This document shows positions 41,492-54,900 of a DNA stretch of 64,000 nucleotides, piece after piece (positions within the stretch are counted from its first letter, which is position 1; the number at the start of each line of letters is the position of its first letter). Below the pieces are notes generated by a model, which saw nothing but the letters and a program-made list of their open reading frames with translations, was not told the DNA's origin and made no database searches. The DNA lies in contig CM119265.1 of the NCBI GenBank assembly GCA_051294375.1, forward strand, positions 16,560,005 to 16,624,004, read 5' to 3'. A program made the position numbers and the translations under genes. Source of the DNA: Paraspadella gotoi. Lineage: Eukaryota > Animalia > Chaetognatha.

Positions 41492-44400
41492 CTAAAGCGA
41501 CAAGCGATTTTCGTCTATGACTAAAGCATTGTCATCCTCGTCCTCGATGATCTCTTCGTGCAGGGAGGAAACAGCAAAAGGAACGTCTACGGTTTCCGTC
41601 GTCAAACGACCCACTCTTTCATTGGTAACGTATTTTCGACCTTGGCTCGCCACGGTCAGATTAGTGTTCGAGCGGCCGCGCAGCATTGTTCCGCCGGCGC
41701 GCCGTGTTATAACATTGTCCTTTTGTTCGGAGACGTCGACAATTACAACATCCGGATCAACGTTCGCCGTCGCCGTTATTGACGGTTTCTTCTGTTGTAA
41801 CTCGATTCTCACAGCGGGCGGCGAACACGAGGCAAGGATCTCCGGCCACAGGAAGATAGCTCGAAACCTTTGACGAAGTAGGAGGTATTCTGGCTTCTGT
41901 TTTGCGTTAAGGAGACCCGCGTAAGAAGTGCGTAAAAAGTGTTCTGGTTTGTAGTTCCTGTAATGCGAGCAAAGGAAAAAAAATCAAGAGTTCAAGTGGT
42001 TTATTTTTTTAAATATTTTATTTTCTCAGTGTGATTTATAAACATTAAGAAACAACAGCAAAGCAAAACATACTGATTGCGAATGGTTTTCTCCATCGCT
42101 TGCATTTTGGCGGAGCTTTTTTTGCGTTGTTGCTGAATTTTTTCCCATTCAAGGATGTATCGTTTGCGACGTTTAGCGTTAGCGTCCAGAATTTGAGGAG
42201 AATCTCGACCGGGTACAGGACGACTCGGCACGCGCTTGCGAGCTTCTTTTGGTGCATCCATCTGACACGTATACAAAATGATTTATTGATCCAATAATCA
42301 TAATATCGCAGCTCGCTTACCTTTCCGCGTTTGAGCGCCAACATTTCCTTAACGCTGAGATTCTTCGCCGATTTATTCAAGGCGACGACGTTTTCAATAG
42401 CTTCGTTTCGTTGGAGAGCTTTCGCCACCTCCACGACCTCTTCCACTGATACTTGTTGGTGATACCCTACCCCTTTTGTGCGGATACCTATCGTCTGATG
42501 ACCCATGTTCCCAACGGTATCGCTCGCCTCCGATTCATTTCCATTCATCTCACTTTCACCAACGACCTTCTCCACCGAGCCGCCATCAAATTTAACTGAG
42601 GTCAAAAGTCCTCTCTCGATCTTCTTGTTCTGTTTTGCCTGATCGGCAGACATCTTGGCCTCTTCGGTGCGTTTGATGCGTTTGCTGCGCCTCGCCTCGT
42701 ATCGGGCAATCTTCCGTTCCACATAGGCTTCCTTGTCGAGATCGGCGTCCCCCTCATCACTCTCGCTGGAGGAGTCCTCGCCTGCGTCGCGTTTCCGTTT
42801 CCGGTTCGCCTCTTTCGAGGGATCAATTCCGTAACCAGAAAAGGTGTCCTCGACGGCACCGGTCTTCAGCTCTTTCCCCGTGCGCTTAAGAGTACGCATA
42901 ACCTTAAGAAAATTGTCCCGTCTCAGCTGGTTGACGACGCCATACTTGAGGTGCCCGTCGGGCTTTTGACATTCCGGCAGTTTAGGGGCCCACAACATCG
43001 CCGCGCGCTCGCGTAACTCGTCGCGGCGCGTGAGAAGAGTTTTAAAGGCAGAGAGGGTGACGCGGTTTGGCGGGAGAATATGAATCAGAGAGAGGGGGAA
43101 GAGACGAGCGGGTCGCTCGGCCGCCTGCCAACCCGAAGACGCCCTCCCACCGAAAGCCTCGGGATTTAACGACGAAAGGCATCCTTCGAGAAAGTCCATG
43201 TCGACGGAAAGCAATGCCTTTTCCTGGGTCAGGTTGTACTGTTTCTGCTCTTCGGGCGCTATGGCATCCCAGTCACGTCGGCGACGTTGACGAAGATAGG
43301 CACTTCGGTCTATAAGAGTCTGAACGCGGGACAACTTGGAAATCTCATTGCCAGACAACATCCGTTTGGCTTCGAGAGCGGAAGATCGGCGAGTGAACCG
43401 AGTTTGAACGAGGTTAACTTTTCCAGAGGTCTCCGAATCATCTGCGGGCGATTCAGCGTAATCACCGCTCATGTCATGACCGTTCATTTGATCCTCGGCC
43501 GGATTATACTCAGGAACCGATCCGTTTTCCATCGAATGACGTTCGATTCCATTTGCGACCGACACATTTTCGCCATTTTTTGGTTGTCTGTCACCGTTAG
43601 ATTGGTTTTCTACAATTGGTAAGCTAGCCGCTCCATAACTTTCTTCAATCGGTGCTAAATTGCAGCTGCGTCGCCTATATTTCGTCGCCCGAATTTTCAA
43701 AATTCGCTCCTAGATAGAAGCAAGATAATTATTGCGTTCCCGTTCTAAATAAATAGACAATAAGTGCCTGAACCAAGCAATTCTTGCCTGCTTGAGCCAA
43801 TCTATTTTGAGTTTATTAGTTCTCCAAAGCGCCGTCATGACGTCTACCCCCAACGCCGCCAATACTAACGGATGCACTTTTTTCTCGACTTCTTCTTGCG
43901 TTTCATAAGAAGAAAACATGGACGCCGGAAACCGAAGATGACGGGGGCGACCTCCTCTGCGAACAAGAAATATGTATAATTGTTTAAATATAATATACTT
44001 AGTTATACATCTTTTTTACTTAAATACTGAATTCACAAACGAAACTTGCTTTATTACGCTGTGAGGCCGAAAGTTGTTCGTCCGACTTAACATGACTGCC
44101 ATTTGTTCTTCCAAATCTAAACATTTCTTCGTCACAAAATCTTTCCTCCTAAATTCAAAATAGATATGATAAATATTTTATATTCTGACATTTAAATTGT
44201 ATAAATGAGAAATAAATAAATAATAAACCTTTGTTCTTTTATTTTGGATTTCGATGGATTTAGAGCGAGCTTTTCAGAAATGAATCTGAGTATCTCTCTG
44301 ATCGGAGTGGACTCCCGGAACAGCGAACAAATTTGAAGGATGTGCTCCTCTTCTTGATGAGTTTTGGGTTGGATTTTATCGCGAATCATTTTCCATATCT

Positions 44401-47400
44401 AAACAACCAGAGATGACTTTAAATCATAAATACAAAAATATAATTGTATATTGGTTGTACCAATTTTATAAGCTGCTTCAAAAATAAAAAGAAAACCTTG
44501 GTTCTATTTATGATAGTTTTTTCGATGGAGGCGTGACTACGTCTTCCGAAAAGATGCGCATATTGCGGTCGAGGGATTTCTTGCCCATCAACGTTGGAAG
44601 GTCTGCTGAGGAGCTCGCGCTTCACAGAACGATTTTTTCTACGATCTAGCATCACTTGAGAATAGGTGTCAGCATATCTAGCGGAAATTACCAGGGTTTT
44701 AGAAACGATGAAAAACTAAAATACCTTGATCAATTATCTACCGCTTGATCTCGGGGTCCAAATGATCGACCCACTGCTGCTGCTTCTTCCACTTGAGAAG
44801 CGTCCGATATCGCCTCATGCACATAACGTCGGTTCGGTTTGGAAAGTACTTTTTGGCGATGGCGATCCAGGCGTAGGTTCCAGCGCGCTTCACCGCCTTG
44901 ACCAGCAGCACATCCTCTTCCCAACTCCAGCCGCTCTGACGGTCGATTCGCGGATCTACGTGGCGAGTGTAGCGCTCTCGACATTGCCACGGCCTCCGAC
45001 CTGGGATCATTTGGGCGACACGAGCCCAAACACCATACCCCTGAAAAGAAAGTGAATGGACAACCAATTGAATTAAACAAACATTGCAGTTATTATATTA
45101 AATGACGAGCTACCGGCGCAGATTCAGAGTTGATTTCGTTGACCCTAAATGTTTCGGCCGCCTTGAGCAAAGCCTCGTCCTCTTCTTGCGTCCACGTGCC
45201 GATACGTTTATCGTCGAGGGAGTTCTGCCATCGCTGGGCACACTGCGCCGCCGTCCGTCCATCGACAAAGTAGGCTACTTGATGCCACATAATGTTGGGG
45301 CCAATTCTGGAAAGTAAACGCGCAAACTTTTGACTTTTTCATTAATTTTTTGTTTTGTTTTTGGATAGCCCACCTGAAATGTTCCACAATTTCTTTCAAG
45401 TATTCGTCTTCTTCAGCGGTCCATTTTGTTCCAGCCATATAAATTTCGTCATTGTGCTTCCGTTGGAAACGTTCGAAGCACTGCCAGCCGGATCTCTTCA
45501 ATCCCATACTTCGAGAAACTTCGTCCCAGTCACTAGGGAAATTATATTAACCGTAATAAAAAATCTTAAAAGCATTAGGATCGTCGCTATCGCACAGAAA
45601 AAATATAGACCAATGACAAACTTTGATATTCAAATAATCAAAATCCAATACAGGAAAACTAAGATTTAATAAATAAATAAATTAATAAATTAATTATTAA
45701 TTAATAAATTAATAAATAAATAACTATAAACAAATCGCATTTAATATATAACCACATCATTTTTCAATGACCTTGATGATCAGAATATATATCTAAATTT
45801 TAAGCTTCATTCAATTACAAATATAAAAAAAAGCGATCCATAATTGGGAACGCCGAGAACAAAGCGATTTATAGGTATGATCGTCCCATAATCGTCGCAA
45901 GCGCCAGCGATTGCGACGACAAAGGAAAATTTATAGTATGTACGCTCATACCTCAAAGAATTGTTCTTGGCCAAAATTTTGAGCAGGCCGTCTTCCTCGT
46001 TGGAAAACAAAGCTTTGTTGAATTTCGGGTGCAAGTAGGTGGCCCATCGACGTTGGCACTGACCCGCCGTGTGACAACCGTTCATGTCCACACTCGCGAT
46101 CTTCATCCAATCGATCGTTGGCTCTTCGCTGAACTCTACGTTAAGGTAAAATAAAATTTAACAGAATTAGAAGTTTAAATAAAGGAGTAAATAATAAAAT
46201 CCGTCTATACATAAGTTTAGTTAACGTTTTAATGAATAAAAAATTGGCAAGAAAGAAACGATAAATTAACCTGCAACGATCAAGTCGAGTTCTTCTAATT
46301 CTTCAAATCTTTTTAATTCGTTTTGTGCTTCCAATTTCTTCTCCTCGAGATCAGCCAACTCTGACTCCTCCAACGATTGTCTGTTCGTCTTATCTCTAAT
46401 GAGCGCGAGTCGCTGAACAAGTGGAGTGACGAGCTGTTGCTTCAGGTCGGCGACAATCGCCTCTTTCAAGTCGTTGTCCTCCTGCTTAGCCCATCTGAAG
46501 AAAGTGATGATAATAAGTAAAATAGATTCTTAGATAGGCCCAAGTTACAATAAAACAACTGACTTGCGCATAGTGGTGGGGTATTTAATTGTATCGAGGG
46601 TTAGAGCGCGAGTGCGCTTTTTGACTAAGGTGTCGGCATTCGGAGGAGGGAAACCTCCGTAAGAGTCTTTGAAGTAAGGGTAGGAGTAGTTAGCGATCGA
46701 GACACGCTTAGCTGACGCTGTCAATGTTTTCGACGATGCCTGATTAAGATAAAAGATATTGACAAGTTTTGTAATTCTATTTTATTAATTATATTTATTC
46801 ATCATTACCTTAGACTTTAGAGCTTGCTCAATCTCTCCAGCCAGCATGGCTTGCTTCTCTCTATTATCGGTGAGGGCTAATTCGATTCGGCCAAGACATG
46901 CTTGAAGCATCTTCTGGTAAGACTGGTTGGTCGCCCTCAGAGTATCTGGGTCGGCGTTTGGCGGTATCGGGCCCGAAGCGAACACAGGGAAAGAGGACAA
47001 GGAGGAGACATCCTCACGACGAGGGCGCCCACCTTAAAGAATCAATCGTGTCATAAGTTTGTAAACAGAAAAAAAAAATAGAGCAGTAAAGAAAAACGAA
47101 AGAAAAAATTCTCAAAGCATAATGCATAATGATCGTCGAAAAAAAAAATTTAAATTAATTTTAAATAATTCAAACTTTTTAACGTTTAATTTTGTGGAAG
47201 AGTCTTTCTTTTTAAAAAAATCACTGCTCCCAAACAGTTTACCTGATTTTTTAAAAAAATATTTTAAACTCTTCATCTTTTAATAAATTTATATTCATTT
47301 TTAAAATTATTTAAAAATTTTAAATATATAGAATGATTTTTAAAGGCTGATATAAAGTGGCGCTTTTTTTTTTGCACATGACTGTAGGCATGTAGGCATA

Positions 47401-50400
47401 CGTAGCTTATGACTGAAGGCATCCGGTAAACCTCTTTCTGGACCTATACATAACGCCAAAGTTAAGGCTCATTATTCATATAAAAATTGTTTACGAAAAT
47501 CAAAAAAACTTTTCAATTATGATCCTTCAAATAGATTAACCCAATTTATGTGTGAGAAAAATGATCAAAGATTTTGGAAAACGTGGAAAAATATACAAGG
47601 AAAGAACTCTGATGTTAATATCATTGATTCAATTACTGACAAGTCTAAAATTGTTGATCATTTTGCGTCACACTTTAAAAGTATTTATGATGATTTGATC
47701 CATTATTAAATGAAAATTTAAAAGATTCATTTAAGAACGAGTATTTAACTTATGAATCCAACATTGTAATGATTCTATTAACGGTTACTATTTGTCTTGG
47801 AATGATATTTTAGACGCAGCATCTAAAATAAAGGCTGGAAAAAGTACTGCAGATTTTGTTAAGACGGAGCATATAATTTATGCACCTTCACAATTGTTTG
47901 TACATCTCCAAATTTTATTTAATGGTCTTATACAGCACGGTTATGTTGGTAATGATTTTTTGTCTGGAGTTATTGTTCCTATAGTAAAAGACTATAGTGG
48001 TGATATTTACAGTGCTAAAAATTATCTGTTTTTAGTCAAATGTTTGAACAATGTCTACTTATGAAAATCGGACACTATTTGGAGTCTGATGACCTTCAGT
48101 TTGGTTACAAAAAAATCATTCTACTTCTCATGCTGTTTTTGTCATGAAGACGTGTGTTAATCATTTTTTGCAAAATGGTTCTGGGGTGTTTGCTACATTC
48201 ATGGATTGCTCAAAAGGATTTGACAAGGTTAACCATTATGGTTTATTTCTAAAACTCATAAAGAGAAAATTTCCCTTAGTTTTTTTTACGACTTATTACT
48301 TACTGGTACCTTAATCTCCGCAGTAGGTGTAGATGGTCTGACATCTTTTCAGATTATTTCTCTATTGATTCTGGGGTTCGTCAGGGTGGTATTTTAAGTC
48401 CCTATCTGTGGGCAGTTTATGTTGATGACTTGATAATTCAATTACGAAAATCTGGTTTTGGTTGCCATATAGATCATTTATTTGCTGCTAGCATTTTTTA
48501 CGCTGACGATATAGCTTTGTTATCTCCAACAATTTCTGGTATGAAAAAAATGATTGATATATGTGCTAACTATAGTAGTAGCAATGCTTTTAGTTTTAAT
48601 TTTAAGAAAACAAAAACAATGTATTTTGGCAAACAAAAGTATTGTATCAACAAAGATTCTTTACTAATTAAAGGAAATATCATTGAATTCGTAGACCGAT
48701 GGAAATATCTCGGTTTTAATCTTAGTAATGAAAAAGCATTTGTCTTTGACCCATTATCTGAGTTATCCTCTTTCTACCGCTCTATCAATTGTCTCCTTAA
48801 TTCCTTATATAAACCCTCAGAAGAAGTTTTAATGCGTTTGTACTACACCATTTGTTCACAATACTTACGTACGGAAGTGAAGTGAAAGAGTATCTTGCAA
48901 AAGATATGACCAAAGTAAATGTAGCAATAAATGATGGCATTAGAAAAATTTTTGGTTGGAATAGATGGGAGATGTACGATCATTAAGGTCCTCATTTGGA
49001 TATAATGATATCTATAAAATTTTTGCTTGTAGATCAAAAAACTTTGAATCCAAGCTTTTTTCCTCTAGAAACAATATTCTAAAAATCTTGTCAGCTTATT
49101 GTTGATTTTTTTTTTTTTTTTTTCGTTCTGTTAATTTAAATATTTATATTTTGTTGAATTGTAAACTGTACAATTTATGCGTTTATCTGTAATGCTGTAT
49201 GCCTTTTGAATGTACTGTTCAACTAATTGTTGTAAACGAATAAAACACATATATATATTCTAATTTGCATATTACAGCTAGTCAATGTCAAGTAGTCAGC
49301 TCGTCAATCTACAGTAGATCAAACATTAAAAATATAACATTAACGTTTTTAAAGGACATCGATGATGAGAAGCCATATCTAAATTTTTAGCTTCATACAA
49401 ATAATGATATAGATAGCTTATTTATTAAATGAATGGATAATTTTTATATTGGTTGTACCAATTTCATACAACTACGAAAACGACGACGACGACCCCATTT
49501 TTTGGGACCATCGTCACAAAATCGTCTCAAGCGCAACCGATTGCGACGATAAAAATGAAACAGGAGACAGGAAAATTGGAATGGGCAAAAAAAGGTAAAA
49601 AATATAAAGATATAAAATAATATAAAACGTTAAACCGAAAATAAAATGATGGATTTTATATCAATAAAAATATATTAGAATATTATATAAAAGGCAGCAC
49701 ACCTGCGACTTTGTCTCCAAGAGGACCCCGGAGGTGCAGACTGCGACTGGTCGTGGATTCTGAGGTAGCGGAAGTGGTGTCACTTTCCTCCGATGGGGCC
49801 TTGACAAACATTGAACAAATTACGTTAGAATCTATAAACCCAATTTTACCAATGCTGTATAAACTGCCACTCAATAAAGTCACCTGAGACAACGCTGGTG
49901 ACATAGGCCTCGATCTGACAGACCGCGAGGAACGCGACACGGATCGATGGGCTTCCATCGGGCTGCCAAGGGGCGTGGCATCGCAAAATGTGGAAACGCT
50001 GGCGGCATCGTCATCCTTTTAAGCGGGAAGATGGGGTGAAAAAATAAGTCAACCAATTTTGTACAGAAACCATCCTCTACACTTCGTTTACCTCCAGAAT
50101 ACGATTAGGTCCTCTCGATTCCCAATCATCAATCGACGGAGACGCTGGTGTAATCGGTTCCTCGTAGGCAATGTATATGTCATCATCGTCGGACGCATAA
50201 CCACCTGCAATGAGGACTAAAGCTTAGCCTAATTGTCGTAATTCGTTATAATATTGACAGACTCACTAGGAAATAATATTTATTACAGTTCACGGAATAA
50301 TATTTTTTGGGGCAAGTTTAATTTTCGACGACTGTAACCAACCTTAGCTACCACCAGTCAATGATTTGTTAATCACAGGACTTTTGTTTTCCCCCTATCG

Positions 50401-50945
50401 TCGAGTTTCAGTTTGCCCAATAATATAAATAATTTATTAATAATATATTAGTAATTATTAATTAATAATAATTTAAAATTATATTATTATATATTACCAA
50501 TATTATTTTATATAATATATATTATTTAATATATATATAATAATAATAATAATAATATCATTATTATTAAATATTTTAATTTTTTGTTTTTTCATTTTTT
50601 TACATTTTTTGTTTGGGTTAGGGATTGGGGGAAGTTAGGGTTAGGGGTGTTTAAGGTTAGGGGTTGTTTTTAAAATAAAATTTTGAATTAAAAGTTTTTC
50701 TGCTCTTCCCAGTTTTCTTTTTTGTATAACAAGATTTCAATACATCGCTCATATAAAGCAAAAAACAAAAAAACCGACCGCAAAATCCCTGTCGGCGCAT
50801 GTACAATTTAACCCTTTTTTTCATTCACAACATAAGATGATCATATACTTTCTAATAATTTACCTTCTCCATTTAGATCGTTGATGCAGCCAATCGTGGA
50901 CGCTAACTTGTCGATGTCAGCTTGAAGGCTTTCCCTTTCCTCCAT
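41492..50945 (-). CDS. SNAPC4: snRNA-activating protein complex subunit 4 (SNAP190), about 18 exons
   Basis: N-terminus MEERESLQADIDKL, NQSYQ...NREKQ, PYFKD...PPPNADT, then tandem Myb repeats (WMKIA...CQRRW, WTAEED, WHQVAYFVDGRTAAQCAQRW, WTQEED, WSWEED). Confidence 0.88.
45770..45925 (+). repeat. Copy of repeat family B with a 3' hairpin
   Basis: atatctaaattttaagcttc plus hairpin atcgtcgcaa-gcgccagcga-ttgcgacga, matching 49375-49550. Confidence 0.7.
47380..49258 (+). mobile_element. 5'-truncated, frameshifted non-LTR retrotransposon (LINE) reverse transcriptase, antisense in SNAPC4 intron 47033-49702
   Basis: RT motifs across frames: LQFGYK, FMDCSKGFDKVNH, GVRQGGILSPYLWAVYVDDL, YADDIALL, KYLG. 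3' AATAAA and (TA)n tail at ~49239-49258. Confidence 0.9.
49360..49560 (+). repeat. Most complete copy of repeat family B (HINE/MITE-like)
   Basis: Contains the blocks shared with 13235, 29765, 44445 and 45770, plus terminal hairpin atcgtctcaa...ttgcgacgat and an A-run. Confidence 0.7.
50612..50665 (+). repeat. Short degenerate TTAGGG-like array in SNAPC4 intron 1
   Basis: gggttagggattgggggaagttagggttaggggtgtttaaggttagggg. Confidence 0.7.
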
Positions 50946-51947
50946 TGTAGGACTATATATAAATGGAAAGAATGATTAGTAGATTTATGATTTCTTTACA
51001 TTCTGATTAGAAGTAAAAAAAATTTACGAACGATGGATTAGTTACAGATCATTATTATTACTATTATTATTATATTCGTTTCAAAATTAACTTTTTACCT
51101 GGACAATAACTCTTTGCCAATATTCTCTCCTTAGTTTCGTCTGGAAGATGCATCAAAAGTTTTTTTTTCCGTGACTTCAATTAAAATAACCGAAGTTGTT
51201 TTAGACAAAATATATATATGTATCTAACTGAGAAAGAAAATAATACAAATTTAATAATTCGGCAATGGGTTGAATCGAAAATAACTGAGAAAAAAAAAAA
51301 AAAAACAGGAGTAGAGAACAAAATTTGTTACATGAAACGGCACCAAAGAATAACTGGTATGAAAAGTTTTTTTGTGAGAAAAAAGTCATTAACGAGAAGC
51401 GGATCCAAAGTAGAGTTGGCAATTATTGAAGCAGATTAAAACGGCGATTTATCTCGACGACTTATGAAGTGGGAAGAAGGAGGGGAATGGGGGTTAGGGA
51501 GAGGGGATGTTTGTGGAGGGTCGAAAAGCGTGGCCATTTGGACGTGTTTTGAACATTTTGTTTTTTAAAACGAAGACGACCCATGTTTTGAACGCATTCA
51601 AACTTGAAGATACAATTTTTACTTCCAAGGCGAAGAAGAAATCTTTAGTCTACCTCCTATGATATATTTAGGGTTCTATCCATTGGTGGGGCTAGCTCGA
51701 AGTTTACATTTTATCCCCCAATTTTGTTAAATATAAATACTTCGCATTTTGAAAAAAGTAACTCGAAACATTATGTATAATTGATTACGCTTTAAAATTA
51801 TCGTTATAATATCACAAAAAGTAAATAAGGATATAAAAATGACGGCTTTAATCGGTTCCAAAGAGTGTAAACTTATTTCATGAATGGCCAACTACTTTTA
51901 AAACGCTTTTTTGTCATCTATCCAACACTACATATACTTACCATTAC

Positions 51948-54900
51948 TTAGGCAGAAGTAACGGCGGTTTTTTCGGAGCTGATAAAGAAAGTTTTAAGAT
52001 TGTCATTAAGCTTAACAAAACCGATATACACTACTACTGTTACGGTAAAAATTTCATTAAAACAACCTAAGAATGACAAAGAAATACCTTACCTTGGTTT
52101 CTTTGTCTTCCCGCAAACGTCCTTTAAATAGATTTGTAAGTCGAGGCCACAACTGGAGAGACAACGCGCAACCAAGAGAGAAACGTCTTTTAAGGCTTTC
52201 TCATCGTCTGGTTCAAGATGGCCCAACTCGAAGAGAAACCATTCCTTCCACATCGACGAATATGTTGGATTCAATTCCAGGCATTTGCTAGTTCAAAAAT
52301 TTAACAATAATGAGTATAAATAATAAGTGATATACCGAAGAATAAGCAAAACGATGCCAGACCTGAAAAGTGACCTGGCGGTTGAGATATGACCGTCCTT
52401 CAGCGTACAAGAAATTAAGAGCTTCCAAAGGCAGATTAAGTTCGGGGTTTTCTTCAAGCAATCTTCGATCAAGAGACCAACAGTATCTGGCTTTAATGAC
52501 GCAACGTTCTCATCATAGGATTTAGAGAAGAAAAAGCTGGCCAGTCGAAGGATGAGGTAAGCGTTGGCCGGGTAGGCTTGGATTAATCGGAACAGCAACA
52601 AGGGCCAAACTCGATCGTCGCAGTGACGTAGAAACAAGTCTATGACCTGATTATGAAAGGAAAGATCCTCCCATTCGATCGCCTTCTCCGGCGAAGTGAC
52701 CATCACTAAACCATCTCCCTGACGAGCGATCGGAGACGTAGAAAGGCAGCGTTTGAAGACTTTAATAAACCTGATGACGTCGACTCCTCCATTCGAAGAA
52801 GTCGTCGTGGCCGGAGATTCGGTTAGGCAGCGCGATACGTAGGAGAGATAGTGTAACCATAGGATCTGACGAGGATTACGTCCCAACATCAACAGATCCT
52901 CAAAAGTATTATCAAAAGTGGTAGGAAAAAGGGAAAGCGACTGTTCGAAGGCGTCGCCTATTCTTGACTGTTCTTTGGTGGCAGGGAAAGCGAGTTGTAA
53001 CCACTCAATGTAGCAGAGCCATAAGTAGGTTCTTCTCTGGGGCTTTTCCAAAATGAAAGTGCTGAAAGATTCCGATGGAGGAGGGAGAAGTCGACGAACG
53101 CCTTCGACGTCCTCACTAACTTCTTCTCTCGTTATTATGCCCAAAGCCTTTTCGAATAGAACTTGAATTAACGATTCTCGGGTTAAGGAGTCAGTTTCAA
53201 GAAGCTTTAAGTTGGAGTCCTCTAGGTTGAAATGTGTCATCAAATATTTTTCGATTATAAATTTTGATTTACTGGATGATGCTAAAACGAAAATTGGATA
53301 TGGATCCCTCGGCCAGATAGATGTCACTAACTCGAGTTCTTTCCGGTACAAATTGGGTTTCATTTCGGGATTTAATCCGACTAATTTTGTTCTTAAATCG
53401 TATAGGATTTTCCAAACTTGAATGTTTTGCTTCATTGTTAACGAAGACTGCATGAAGTTTTGTAAACGATCTATTATGGTAGTTAAATGCTTTTTTACTT
53501 TGCCACTTTCTTTATCAGAAATCGAATCTATTGAGACCAATATCATTGGTCCAGCTGTGTTCGATCTTGGAAGGATAGTTGCCCAATAGAAATAATTGTA
53601 AAGCAGAGGAACACCCGGATGAGAGTAGTAATAATTCTCTGTTGCTTCGCCTTTTACTGCAATATCTTGCTGATATTCTAAGTCAATCTTTTTTATAGCT
53701 AAAAATAGTCTATTTCCAATATTGTTCCAATATTTAATGTTGGAAATAGAAGCATTCTTATAGGGAATGAGAAACATAGCATTTTTATCAACAACTGCGC
53801 CAAAAGTTCCCTGAGAGATATCGAAAATACAGTTTGGAAGCTGTCCTTTTAATACGTAAGTATGAATGGATATAAGATGCAACGTGGCACGATCATTGAC
53901 TGTAAGATTTTTGCTGACTTGTGACAATAGGTTGATCATATCAGGTTCAGCATTAATATTACCCGAAAAGGATTTCTCGTTCAAAACAACATCGAAGATT
54001 TTAGCGATTCTCGCAACGAACTGACATGAATTCATCAATGCGATCAGGTTCATAAGTAATGTGAACAATTTATGTGAGAGAGTTTTTGGCTCTTCAGCAG
54101 TTGTGCGAGTGCATAAATACTCTATTCCTTCCTTTAAAGTTTGTAACTTTCCCTCAAAACAATTTTCAATTGTAAACCGCCAATGGTAAAATTTGAAATC
54201 AGGAATGGCAAGGATAGCTTGCTTCAACAACCCGACCATTTCAATTGGATCCCAGCTCTCTTTTGATTTCTGATACTTATCGAAAACTGAAAGGTAACGG
54301 AACCACAAATCTTTAGAATCATTATTCAACTCCAAGCCTCTGGCTAAAACGTTCAAAGCTGATTCAAATCCATCTTTTAAATTCTTGCCAGTCCTTAATT
54401 TGATAGAGGCCAACTTCAGCCAGAGGTTAATTTGGTCAGGATTTTCCATCACAGTAGTCTCGATATCGTCAGTCATTTCGGTAAAAAAAAAGTCATCACC
54501 ATAACAATTATCTCCACCCATAGGATTTTGTAAATTAATAGCTTCGTCATAGTCCTTTTCTTTCTTGGTCATTTTCCACCTCTTCCAAACTATTTCTTGA
54601 TTTTCATCAACATTTTCAATTGCATTTCCAGTATTTGGTTTAAAAGGTTTCCACGGAGGCTCTCTTTGAAGTAAAAGTACATCCGAGGATTTTCCTACTT
54701 TTTTTGGCAATGACTCGATAACTTTTGACGACGTTAATATGGCAAGATCCTCAGTAGAAACATCTTTAAAAGCATTTTTTCGGATGAAATCCTTTGAAAA
54801 ACTTTCCAGAAGTATTGACGCTTCGGATTCTGTTAATTTTTTCTGATCTTTGGTTGTAGATACCAATTCTTCTGGGCTATAGGCAGCTAAATCCATCACG

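Noticed and set aside
46555-46570. A third GC donor (GCAAGT) in SNAPC4
   Set aside because: The adjacent GTCAGT donor gives the correct phase (MRK/W).
47380-49258. Domesticated or active reverse transcriptase
   Set aside because: Several frameshifts and stops plus 5' truncation show an ordinary dead LINE copy.
50612-50665. TTAGGG repeats as a telomere or chromosome fusion site
   Set aside because: Only a few degenerate units inside an intron. More likely part of a small repeat element.
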